Below are positions 26,586 to 39,475 of a stretch of 43,059 bases of DNA, one piece after another; the first letter of the stretch is position 1, and every line of letters begins with the position of its first letter. The DNA comes from Craspedostauros australis (taxonomy: Eukaryota). The position numbers and the translations under genes are program-made. The notes below the pieces were generated by a model. The model had not been told where the DNA came from. It made no database searches and was given only the letters and a program-made list of their open reading frames with translations. The stretch covers positions 1 to 43,059 of the forward strand of contig JALAGF010001184.1 of the NCBI GenBank assembly GCA_030167865.1, in the 5' to 3' direction.

Positions 26586-27128
26586 GGCAACAATGATGAA
26601 TGGCGATGTCGGCGATGATGGGGTCGGTGGTGGGAGTCAAATGGTCGTGCGAATGAGGTCCAACCGGGCAAAGATCCCAACGTGCCAAGATTTTCACGCT
26701 GGTTGCGGAACGACAAAGAAGGCGCAACGAGATTCCACCTTCATCAAAGATGTTAGTACCGTGTGGGTGCGAGTGTAGACCGTGAGAATACCGCACTCGT
26801 CCATCTTTCGGAGGCAGCGGGATGATGAACACATCGAGAAGCGCACAGACAGGAGCCACATCACCATACATGTACGCGTACCACGCATTGCTGTATCCCA
26901 TAATATGTACTCTCTATAACAATACCAACACCAATGGAAGTGCTCCAATCCAAGTTCCTACGAAGATTGAGTGAACCATTCTAAATCTATTTTTGCACCA
27001 TCTCATTGATACCTCATTCACAGATCACATGCAGTAACCATCCATTGTCATCTTCAGCCAAGCCATTTGCGTTGTGCAGGGAGCATGCGTATGATGCTTG
27101 CTCACCAGCCAACGATTCAAAAACACAT

Positions 27129-28264
27129 TTAACGTGATTGGACAGGTTGATCAGTGCTGCTGCTTTTCTTCCAACGATTTGCCCAAGATTGCATCATTCG
27201 CACCTTGGGGCGCAGCGCCCGTTCATCTTCCAATCCTTGGTGCACGGCCCGTTCTTTCGCCATGCGGGAATGAATGCAGCTGATGGTATGGAACCGATCA
27301 TGGTTTGGGTAAGTGTGGGTGTCGAGCTGATGCGTCATCTCTGCATTGATGGCCCTGTGTACCTGCCAATGCTCCTCCCGTTGCTTGACCCGCAGCTTGT
27401 TGTCACACAGGTGCTCGATTCCTCGCAATGTGAAACCGCATGCTCCTCCCGTGCTGTTCTCGAGATTGATGATTTTCCGCTTCGACTTTCTGTACTCTGA
27501 AGCCACCTGTGTCACCTCTCGCTCGAATTTGAAGAATTCACTTTGCTGTCATCGTTGGTTTCATTCCGAGTTTGAAAATGGCATTTGACATAACACAAAT
27601 GGTTATGTTGGGTGTAGGTATTGTACGAGCACACATGCGTTGAAGGAGAAGTGAGTGTGAGTACAGGTTGGGGGGTGGGGACTTTGATGCGGCTTCATGA
27701 TGTGGGCTTCATGGTGGTGTCTCCGATTGATGGGGCAGTTCGTGAACCTGAAACTCTCTCTGCGAGCGTGGCACCTTGTTGACAACACAGAGGAGGGTAA
27801 TTCGCGCAAGACGATACCACACGAAGCGGCGTTTCTCCATTGAGCAACCACACCCATGGCTAACGTACCTGGTACCACAGCTTGTTGGCTTCGTCCTGTT
27901 CGATGCATCTTGCATCGACTGGAATGGTTTGGACCAGTTGGTCATTGTGCGATGGGAAATGAACCCTCTTCTTGACTGCGACCAGAGATGTCCTCGCAGA
28001 CGATGCCGGGGAGATGATCGCACCCTTCGGCACCGCTGAATGGCTATGGGGACGCGTTTTTGGATCATGGCACGGTTGCGATGATGATTGACTCATCGGC
28101 CTTGCCGAAGATGTTGCCATCTCATCAACGCTCTTCCGCTTGTTCCTCCTTTTGCCCCGTGCGCCAAAGTTCCACAGGCTGTTTCGACGCGGTGGCGCAT
28201 TCGGTGTTGTTGATGATGATGCTCCGTCCGTTGGTGATGGCAATGGGACGACTGATGTTACCAT
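27129..28264 (-). CDS. Diatom-type hypothetical protein; 2 exons (28264-27869, 27545-27129), ~270 aa
   Basis: A CAG|GTACGT donor at 27868 and a GACAG acceptor at 27546 (phase 0) give KLWYQ|QSEFFKFEREV. The pattern KRVHF...WY...RGIEH...S..AKERA..G.ED is one I recognise from an expanded diatom family of unknown function. Confidence 0.7.
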
Positions 28265-31170
28265 GATGACTGGTCACAATGTGCGATTACTTCTTCGTGA
28301 TGAGATTTGGATTGATGTTGATGCTGGAGCTGTTGGTGATTTTATGATACGAACATGATTGTCTTTCAGGCGAAAGGCTCACTCTGGTGGCTTGCTTTTC
28401 TCTCCACTTTCTTCGTCTGTCTCTTTGTCTCTCCCTCGTCTTGCGTTTCCCGAAGCGGGACCATGCCAAACCACGACCAATCGCGCCTCCATGCCCGAAT
28501 CTGACCAGCTTCCGCCCTTTCGTTGTCATTCTCACAACATCTCCACCACAGAGGAAGAGCGCCTCCGGAAAGGCCGTTGCTCTTTGTCAGGTCTCCGTGT
28601 TGATCCTCTTGTGGCCCAGCCAGCACATCGTGCGTGCTCTTTGTTCGGAACATCTTGATTGTCCCTCAACGCGCACACGCGCGCGTTTGCGCTATTCTTT
28701 CAATCTTTGTTCACCGCGCTTCGATTTTGGAGGGATTGACTGTCACGCTTTCGATGAATTCACCAATCAGATCATCGGAAAAAGCAAATGCGGTATTCAA
28801 TGAATGTTCGCCAGCACCGTTTGTGTCCATGTTGCTCAATCGTGTAGCTCCCAACCGGCACCCAAACAACAAAGCGACGGAGCGGAGAGTTCTGAACAAT
28901 TCTGAACACTTCTGGACACACAAGTTGCGCTGCCAACAACGCAAACATCAACACCACCTTTTGGCCCATCACAATCGATGACGAGAGTTGCCTTCTCTTC
29001 TTCTTGTTCTCCCTTTGCCACAATGTTGTGGCTTGTTTGTTGATCGTGTGGTCCAGAGCCAACCAAAACAGATCACACGCGGCTTCTCCTTCTCATGTGC
29101 ATCTGCACAGACCCGGTCATGTCGCTGCTGCTGGCGGATTGGATTCATTTCACGACCAGCACAAGGACAAACGAAGAGGAACGGCCTGAGCTCTTGCGTT
29201 GGTACCGATCCCCTTGGGGCATGATGACCATACATTTGTGCGAAGGCGACTTCACATGGCGCAAGATGACTGTGTCGATGATGCTTGCTGCCTCTGTTCT
29301 TCGTCGATGCGCGGAGTGATGGGCGGTGTTGGACCAGTGAAGCCATCCACAAAGCGAGGCATCCACGAGAGTCAGTATGGACATGGCTGCACCAACAGCC
29401 GCAACATCAACAAGATGGACGAGCACCGTACAGTCTCGCCATCAGCACACATTCAACTCCGTGCACCGAACTGTTGCGGATACTCGTTCCAACATCACCG
29501 AATCTTCGTCATTGGAGAGACAGACATGCGCGAAGCGAGATCTGCCTGAGTTGTTGAGTCCAAAAGACATGTTGCGGGTGCAACCATCTCCATCACGGCC
29601 GCACTCGTATTCGGAGTTGGAGTTGTGCACCGTTGCCGTCTGTGTCCTCCTGAATTGGTCGACTCATCCGCCTCCGCCTCTCGATCAATGTCATTCTCAG
29701 AGCAGGTCGTAACTCTACTCTCTTGCAAGAAACAATTGTCGATGCATGTTTAACTCCCAACAGTCGTGTGTATTGTATCTCTCTGGGTTGAGAGATACCC
29801 AACACACCATTTTTCATTCTTGCTTCCCAGATGATGACACCGCCAACAACCAACGCTCTGCCCAATGCTGAAAGCCCATCATCCAATGCCCAATGCTCAT
29901 TGCTCGATCTTCAAAATGCCGAACGCCCACCATCCTCATCATCTGACCGCCTCCACCCTTGCCACAAAATATATTTGTTCTGTTGTATTCCGCACGACAC
30001 AGGAACCGCCCCTCCAGATCTTCGTTGCATCTTGCGCATCTTGCAGCTCGTGGTTCAAAGTAATAGAGTACGTACGAGAGGACACTCGTTCTTGTCGTCA
30101 TGGCCATTGGGAGTTGCCACGCATTGCGTCATGTACGACCACGTGTCAGAGAGGAGGGGCGCGGGTCTTATTGGAACTTTGTGTGTCAGTATGTGTGACG
30201 CAGACATCTGTGATGATCTGTTTTGGGTAGATCGCGCGATACCACACTTGCTCCATCTCAATGCATTTTTGCACTCCCACGCCATTTCACTGGCAAACGG
30301 GGTGCTGGAACGTCTCAAAATCGAGCACTGGCGAGGAGGGGCGGACGACATAGTGACATCTTGGGGCGTTATAATCGCTTCTATCCATTCTGATTGGCCT
30401 GGTTAGATGTCACAGGAGCTGCGAACGAGCAGACGGCTGATCTCGAGCGTTCGTCGGAACAAATCTCAACAGTTCTTCATTGCCCGAGCAACATGTCATG
30501 CTCGAAACACGTTAAGTAAACCGCCCCACGCAATCCACCACGATCATCCACGATACCGCGCTGTGGGAGAAACGAAGGGGAAAAGACGACAACAACAATC
30601 GCACCAACAAGAGCACAGCAAACATCAAAGCAAAAACAACACAGAGCAAACATCGTGCCGCACAGGGAACATCCAGGAATGATCCCTGGGGCAAAGTACT
30701 TAACCACACTTCACCACGCTCCGTCCATGACGACGCCGAGGGGCGGATCGCTTTGAAGGAGTATCAGTCCTGTACGGAGTTCTACGCGCAATCGGACGTA
30801 CCCAGCGTGGCTCGCAAGTGGGAAAAGACGGCAAATGTCCCTTTTGGGACCCACCATTCTCGCCCACGCACGAGGTACGACCAAAGTCAGGTGGCCTCAA
30901 GGCGTCACCTCAACACGCACGGAACATAGTAGTTACAAGCACTGTGATGTGTTGGGACTTGGCGTTGACCATTCACATTCTTCTCACAAAATCAATCCAC
31001 CTGCAACTGCGACAGCGACAACAGTGACAACAACCAGGCAAGCACAAAACAAGAAACACAAAAACTTGCAACACCGAAAGAGTCATAAAATCGATCAAAG
31101 CGCATTCCGCACACCGGTTCCCATTGAACAACACACAACCATCAACAGTACCATTGCCATTGCAATCACC

Positions 31171-34152
31171 ATGACGTCCATCGAAAAACAGGAAGAACCG
31201 GTGCCGGCTTCTGCGCCAGCCCCCGCATCCGGTCATCACGGCCTGGCATTGTACGATGACAATGACACCAGCTTCGGCGCCAAGTGGTCCCGCGCCATCC
31301 TTCGCTTCGTCCACAAGCCCATCACCAACATGCTGCTGAAGATCTCCGGAACCGCCGTCAAGTTCCCCAAGACCACCGTGTCATTCACCATCTTTTTCTC
31401 CCTCACCATCGTCGTCGTCGGTCTCTTCACCAACTTCTACGTCGAGGTTGACGAGGGTCTTCTGTACTCTCCGCGCACCAGCCGTTCCAGGGACCACGAG
31501 GACTGGATCAAGGACAGCTCCGGCTTCGTCGACGAGCCAAGGTACTTCCTTCTCAACATCCACACCGACGGTGGCAACGTGCTCTCCAACGATGGCGTCA
31601 CGCGCGTCTTCGAGGCACTCGATACCCTCCGCAACACCCCCAAGTACGACGAAGTGTGCCTTGAGGGCAGAACCGTCAAGGTCCTTGAGGATGGCACCAC
31701 CCAGAAAACCTGCGAGATCACCGCGGTGACTTCCTTCTGGAATGACACCACCTCCATCTTCGAAGCCGAAAATCCAACCGAGGCCGAAATCCTCGCCGCC
31801 ATGTCCGCCGATCAGTACCCCGATGGAACCGACGTTGATATTCAGAGCGTCCTTGGCAACAATGTGTTTGACGACAGCAACATCCTCGTCTCCTCTCAGA
31901 TCTACCTCATCCGCTTGGATCTGCCAGACACGGACGACGCAGAAGACTTCGAAACTGACGCCTTGGACAACCTCTTGGACTTGCAGGACGCTTGGGATGG
32001 CGACTCCAGCAACCCATACAAGCTCGAGGTCTTTGCCGAACGCTCCTTCTCCGATGAGTTCGGTCGCGCCATCCTCGACGACATTCCCCTTATACCATTG
32101 GTCTTCGTCGTGATGAGCATCTTCACCTGCGCGGTCTTCTTCAAGAAGGACAAGGTCAAGTCCCAAAGCATCCTCGGCTTCGGCGCAGTTACCTCCGTCT
32201 TCCTCAGCATCGTCACCGGCTACGGTCTGCTCTTCACGATCGGCGTCCCATTCACCTCCATGACACAGATCCTTCCGTTCATCATGTTTGGAATTGGAAT
32301 GGACGCAGCCTACATCCTGTCTGGTTCCTTCCAGCGCACAAATCCCAACGGGTCCATCGAAGAACGCATCGCAGAGACAGTGACCGACGTCGGAGTCAGT
32401 ATCGCCCTGACCACAGCCACCTCCTCCGTCGCGTTCGCCTTGGGATGCCTCTCGAGCATCCCAGCCGTGTACTGGCTCTGCATGTACGCATTCCCAACCA
32501 TCATCATCGACTTCCTCTACCAAATGACATTCTACGTTGCCTTGATGGCGATCGACGAACGTCGTATCAGAGACAACCGCCGCGACTGCTGCACTTGCAT
32601 CACGGTGCCAAAGGAAGACGACGAGGAGCAGGCCGGTGACGACGACAATGAAAACAACAAGGATGGAGCAGAGACCACCGAACCAGAAGAGTCCTTCCTT
32701 GACCGCATGATGGTGGTGTACGCGCACTTCTTGCTTCAGCCAGTCGTCAAGGTTATCGTGATCTTGGTCTTCATCGCCATTGCATGCGCTTGCGGATACA
32801 GCGCCTCGTTGCTCACACAGGAATTCCAATTCACCGATGTCGTCCCCAACGATTCAGTAAGTATTGTACGAGCTTTGCGTGTTGCCATACGTACCTGTAT
32901 GGTAACCGCAGCTGGTGGTGCATTCCTGCATGACAACCGCATTCGACATTGCTCTGCTTCAGATCCTTTGCTAACCTTTCCATCTTGTACATCTTTCATC
33001 CTTGCCACAACCCACGCCTGCATCTGCGCAACCACGCTCACCTTTGTTCCCCTTCTCTCCAACTCGTAGTACATTAAGCCATACTGGGACGCCTACGACG
33101 ACTACACCACTCGCGGTGGATTCATCATCGAGGCATACTTCCGCGACGTTGAACAATCCTCCGAAGATGTTCGCACTCAGATGAAGTCTTACGTTGACGA
33201 CCTTGTGGCACTGCATGAGGTGTCCACCGCACCGCCGTTCTTCTGGGTCAAGGACTTCGACGAATTCGTTGCGGAAACCAGCAGCGTGCAAGACCAGCCA
33301 TTCCAGGAGCAGTTCAATGCCTTCTTCGCCGAGGAGAGCAACCAGAAGCAGTACGCCGACGACATCGTCGTTGACGCAAACAACAAGATCGTTACATCTC
33401 GTGTCAGCATCTACTTCGACATCGTCGATAACGACGACGTCGAGGACTTGATCGACACATTGGAGAATCAACGCGAAGTGAGCAGATTGCAGCCAGTCAA
33501 CAGAGGCAAGAGCGACTGGAGGTTCTTTACCTACGCATCGATCTACTCCATCTGGGAATTCTACGCCGTGGCTGTGCAAGAACTCATCGTGACAACGTTC
33601 ACCGGAGTCGCGTCTGTCACCATCCTGAGCATGCTCTTCATCCCGCACTGGACCGGCGTTTTCTTCGTGGGACCCACCATGGCCATCCTCTACGTGGACT
33701 TGCTTGGGTTCTTGCAGTTCGCAGGCGTTCACATCAACACCGTCAGTTACATCGCCCTCGTCATGTCTATCGGTCTGCTGGTCGATTTCTTGGTCCACAT
33801 CCTTCTCCGATACTACGAACTCTCCGGAGATCGCAAGACCAGAGTCATCGACCTCCTCCGTACCATGGGATCGTCGGTCTTCTTGGGTGGCCTTTCCACC
33901 TTCCTTGGTGTCATCCCACTCGCATTCTCCTCCAGTACCATCTTCTCCACTATCTTCATCGCCTTCATTGGCCTCGTGATCATCGGCATTGGCCACGGCC
34001 TCATCCTCCTGCCAGTCATCCTGTCCATTTGCGGGCCTGAGATGGGTGGTGACGCAGGCAATGAGAGTGACGGCAGTCTTGGCGGAACTCGCGCACCGAA
34101 TGGCAGCAACAAGGGCTCCGAGGACAACGGTTCCGACGAGGGTCACGCCTAG
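31171..34152 (+). CDS. Patched/NPC1-like sterol-sensing-domain (RND superfamily) membrane protein; 2 exons (31171-32856, 33070-34152), ~922 aa
   Basis: TM1, a large loop, then an SSD-like TM block (ERSFSDE...LPFIMFGIGMD...GVSIALTTATS..AF...S.IPAV...MAIDERR). The splice TCA|GTAAGT...TAG|TAC restores VVPNDSY. A second TM block contains SIGLLVDFLVHI and HGLILLPVILS. Confidence 0.92.
32857..33069 (+). other. Spliceosomal intron (213 nt)
   Basis: GTAAGT donor, a CTAAC branch-like motif near 32971 and a TAG acceptor; phase 0. Confidence 0.9.
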
Positions 34153-34893
34153 AAAGAGAGAGAGAGGCCGGCACTTGCCGCATGCATGGTGCTCGTGCCA
34201 TACCATACACACAAAATTCAGACCAAGCGAGTCTGACACAAGGATGCGCCAGATTTTCCAATGCGCTTCTTTGCTCTACCCTATCCTGTACAAGAAACCA
34301 TGAATTTAGTAACACAATGATTTTACCATTAACATCAACTATGCACTGGTGCGTGTGTCCTTGTCATCATGGTCTGTTGTGTTTCTACCATCCTCTATTT
34401 TGGTGGAGTCATTGCAAATTGACGGATGCTTGGGCATGGCAAGACTCTTGGTCCTGGGAGAGCGACAGTATTGTATTGTATAATACGAGTTGTGCGTGAG
34501 TGTATGCACAAGCTTACGCACGGTCCAGTACTTACCGTGCAAAGGGATGGCCTGCTCTAGTCTCTGTTCCTTGCACTTCAGCATGAGTGAGCAACTGGAG
34601 TCAGACGGAGAGTTGTCTGTCTTGTTGAGGTCGGTTTTCCTTTTCGAAATGTTGGGCTGAACTGAGATGTGGTCACAACTGTGATTGCCGCATGGCGTTG
34701 AAAGTGCTTCATGAGTGTCAGTCCACTTATTCTTGTATCGTATTGTAAAACTATGCTCTATTTTATGGTCTATCTCATCGAAATTTGTCCGGTTTCTCAG
34801 AAAGTTCGATTTCCGGTTTGTCGGAAAAGAAGGCAACCGAAGCGTCATCAGTCAGTCAGCAGCACAAGGTTGAGAAAGAGGTTGTTGGTTGGT

Positions 34894-34929
34894 CTTTGTT
34901 GGTTTGAGTAGGAACAAAAGTTCCTTGTT
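34894..34929 (-). promoter_or_regulatory. Putative histone mRNA 3' stem-loop element downstream of H3 (hairpin 34910-34925)
   Basis: The minus strand reads aacaAGGAACttttGTTCCTactcaaaccaacaaag, 35/36 identical to the element after H4. Confidence 0.75.
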
Positions 34930-35146
34930 TGTTTGTTGTTTGTTCGTTGTTTTTGGTGAGAATCGATGGGAGACGAATTGGTGTAGATTGTTGCAAGTTC
35001 ATGTATGGGAGGTTTGAGTTCCCACACATGTAATGGCGGCACCCACAATCCAATACGATGATGCGTCGCATGAAAACGATGCACCACTCCATCGGTCCGT
35101 GTTTGTTTTTGTGTGCTAGGTGTCACTTGGTGTGGACGTTGTGCAC

Positions 35147-36563
<1,417 letters not shown>

Positions 36564-36666
36564 GCGATACGATCGCTTTACCGCACAGCAATAGAAAAGC
36601 GTGCGAGAACCACCAACAACCAATGCAGCAGCAAAATTGAAAACACAAATACAAACAACAGCAAAC

Positions 36667-36702
36667 AACAAGGAACTTTTGTTCCTACTCAAACCCACAA
36701 AG
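36667..36702 (+). promoter_or_regulatory. Putative histone mRNA 3' stem-loop element downstream of H4 (hairpin 36671-36686)
   Basis: Reads aacaAGGAACttttGTTCCTactcaaacccacaaag; perfect 6-bp stem with a 4-nt loop, shared with the H3 3' region. Confidence 0.75.
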
Positions 36703-37414
36703 CAAAAACAACCTCAAGTACTTGTATTCAGTGCCAGTCTCAGCTCATCCATCAATTGAATTGTGTGGATGTGACAATGCCTGAACTTGTTTGCTGTGTG
36801 ATTGTCGACTGTGCCGAAATGCGAAACACTAAGCACCACTAAAATAAACCGAACTTCTTACAACAACTCCGCCCCAAACACACTACCACGAGTTGGCTCA
36901 ACCTGATCACACAACTCATTTTCGCGTCCTAAAGTGCAGGTCCAAACAATGAGAAGGCATCAAGCGATGACGGATGCACGGCATCCTGCACAGCACAATC
37001 CTCCCCGAAACCCATTCGGCTCCGGCCATCGCAGCCACCACGATGCCACACAAGTTAGACGACACCAGGTCTCCATCATTTTCGAAGAACCGCCCCTTTC
37101 CCACATGCAAAATTGGCACAGTCACACATGGCGCCAAACAAAACAACAACATGGCGCAACAGTTTCACCAGCCATCTCGCTGACTGTGCCTTCTTCTCTT
37201 TCATGCATGCCCATTCTCGCTCAGCGCAATTCCAACCAAGATGCACAGGTGAACAGAAAACAGAGCGAACAAAGAAGGAATGCACAGAATGCAGATCAGT
37301 TTGACACCCACTCTCACCGGTGCACCAAACGATCACTGCACCCTTGCCCATTCCTCATAAATTTGCACTTCACCCGCATCACAAAGTCAAGCAAACCACA
37401 CCAAGAATACAGCC

Positions 37415-39076
37415 ATGAAGGCATCACAAAGACCAATCTCAGCAACGTCCAACACGAGAAAGATGACCATCCTCGTGCTCCAGCTTGCTGTCGTCTTCGG
37501 TGGCCTGTTCGCATCCCCATCTGCCACAATGGCGCACGCGTCCACGAAGGAAGGAGATGCCGTCGACAACAAACAGCCCATCGAACAGATCATCGGCGCA
37601 TACTACCGATCTGCCGTTGACCATGCAAGCGATTGCACCTCCCATTTTCGTCGCACCTTCCCCCATTCCAACCATCCGGATGCTGCCAACCTTTCAGGCG
37701 ATGACATTGTCTTCTCCACATCATTTTCTCCCATCCCGGCCGAACAGGGCAATCCGGAAGATCCAACCGTCTGCGATGAAAGCAGCAGCATGGGGACAGG
37801 CAAAGGCATAACCTCGCCATTCTCGCGCGTCGTCGTTCACATCCAGGCTGAGGCGGACATTTCGGCGATCCAAGGGGACACGCTCACCAACGGCGAGGGC
37901 AAGAGCAAGGACCCAGCCATGACAGCGCCCGCGGACAGTAGCCGCGAGAAGATACTTCAAATTGCCAACCCAAACTCAATCCAACTCCCAGCAACGACCA
38001 CGCTCCTTGCCGAAGTCGCGACGGTTTACTTTGATTGCATGGGACGCGTGGAGATCGTGGTGTGTCCAGCATTGGACTGCTCCGGCAACAAAAAGCCATC
38101 GATCGCCAATGCCGACGCCACCGCGTTGTGTCCCGATGATATGTGGTGCCGACCCATGACGCTGCCCGGAACAGCGAATGGCATCGCGGGTTTCACCAAG
38201 AACATCGTGCGACGACAGTGTACCGCGTACGCCAAGCAAGGTGGACGCTGTACGGGCGACGCATCGCAAAGTACTGCCGAGGTTACATTTCTGTCCACGG
38301 ACGATCTCTGCGATCCAACCGCATCCTTGCAATGCCAACCGCAGGATGATTCCAAGCCGGATGGGCGTAAAGTATGCAAGAGCACAGATGGTGGAAAGTA
38401 CTTCAAAAACGACACCGACAACAAGACTGACAACGACAACGGCGGCGATAAGGACGCAGGATCCGGATCCACAGGTGATGTCGCTGGCGATGAGACGCCA
38501 ACGCAGCCCGATCAAGGTGAAGATGCAGATGGAGACGCCACCGAAGAGGAGGAAGAATCTACCATCCAGGCTCGCAACGCAAGCGAGAAAATGAGCGAGA
38601 GCGCTCTGATTGGAATCTCCGTGTCCGCCGGTATCCTTGGAACGCTGTTGGTCGTGTTCCTCGTCAGTGTTTGCACCGGTTGGCGTGGACGACAGCAGCG
38701 AAGACATCGCAAATCCAAGCAACTGGACGAAGAGGACCCAGCGACGCCAAGCAAGGAGACGGAAGGACGACGACGCCGGTCATCCTCCACGAGACGACGA
38801 AGCCGCATCATTCAAGCCAGCGAAGTGCTCCGACAGTCTTTGAATTTGAGTGTCGCCATGTCGCCCATTGATTCGGCATCCGACACAGATGGTGAGGATG
38901 CCGACAGCAGCGACAGCGACAGCGTGATGGATGAGGAGACCGCCATGGCTGCTGCCGTCGGTGCCGTCACATCTCTTGAACAAACGCAACCAGAATCATC
39001 GAGGCAGAGCGCTAGCGTTGGTACGAATCTGCGACGCCGAGTCAGTCTGTTCGAGAACAATGACAGCAAGGTGTGA
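37415..39076 (+). CDS. Uncharacterised type I single-pass membrane protein with a Cys-rich ectodomain
   Basis: 553-aa ORF with a signal-like MTILVLQLAVVFGGLFA (alternative start 37463), a Cys-rich segment, an acidic stalk, the TM segment LIGISVSAGILGTLLVVFLVSV and an Arg-rich then acidic tail. Confidence 0.75.
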   Translation: MKASQRPISATSNTRKMTILVLQLAVVFGGLFASPSATMAHASTKEGDAVDNKQPIEQIIGAYYRSAVDHASDCTSHFRRTFPHSNHPDAANLSGDDIVFSTSFSPIPAEQGNPEDPTVCDESSSMGTGKGITSPFSRVVVHIQAEADISAIQGDTLTNGEGKSKDPAMTAPADSSREKILQIANPNSIQLPATTTLLAEVATVYFDCMGRVEIVVCPALDCSGNKKPSIANADATALCPDDMWCRPMTLPGTANGIAGFTKNIVRRQCTAYAKQGGRCTGDASQSTAEVTFLSTDDLCDPTASLQCQPQDDSKPDGRKVCKSTDGGKYFKNDTDNKTDNDNGGDKDAGSGSTGDVAGDETPTQPDQGEDADGDATEEEEESTIQARNASEKMSESALIGISVSAGILGTLLVVFLVSVCTGWRGRQQRRHRKSKQLDEEDPATPSKETEGRRRRSSSTRRRSRIIQASEVLRQSLNLSVAMSPIDSASDTDGEDADSSDSDSVMDEETAMAAAVGAVTSLEQTQPESSRQSASVGTNLRRRVSLFENNDSKV

Positions 39077-39475
39077 GCATTGCAAACAAAAATGGATGAG
39101 AGAACTCGTATGTACTTGGAGCATTCCTATATTAGATCGTATTATATTAAAGAATAAAAGAGTAGAACGCAACAAATTGAACCCATAGTAGTGCTTGAAC
39201 CGTGGGTACTGCTATCTGGACTGCTATCTGTAGTGCTATCTGGGTTGACTTTGTGCCAAGCTGATTCCGTTCACGGATGAATCGCGCCCAAAGATACCCT
39301 CGTTGCGGAGTGGAACTGACAGCAACAAGAGACAAACAACCACCGCTCGACCAAACACAAACAAGATACGAGGACAATTGCAACACCAATAGTCGTACGA
39401 GCCACATGTGTCATACACATACGTATTATACAACCCAATAAAGCAGCAAAGGCATCAAAGCATCCCATCTTCATC

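Noticed and set aside
28265-31170. ~2.9-kb region with many short ORFs
   Set aside because: No codon bias, domain motifs or convincing splice model; treated as divergent intergenic/UTR sequence.
30835-31170. N-terminal extension of ORF 30835..33069
   Set aside because: A/C-rich leader typical of 5' UTRs in this window; the ATG at 31171 in the ACCATG context is the more plausible start.
31381-34239. 482-aa and 422-aa minus-strand ORFs
   Set aside because: Antisense to the Patched/NPC1-like exons; a typical result of GC3 bias.
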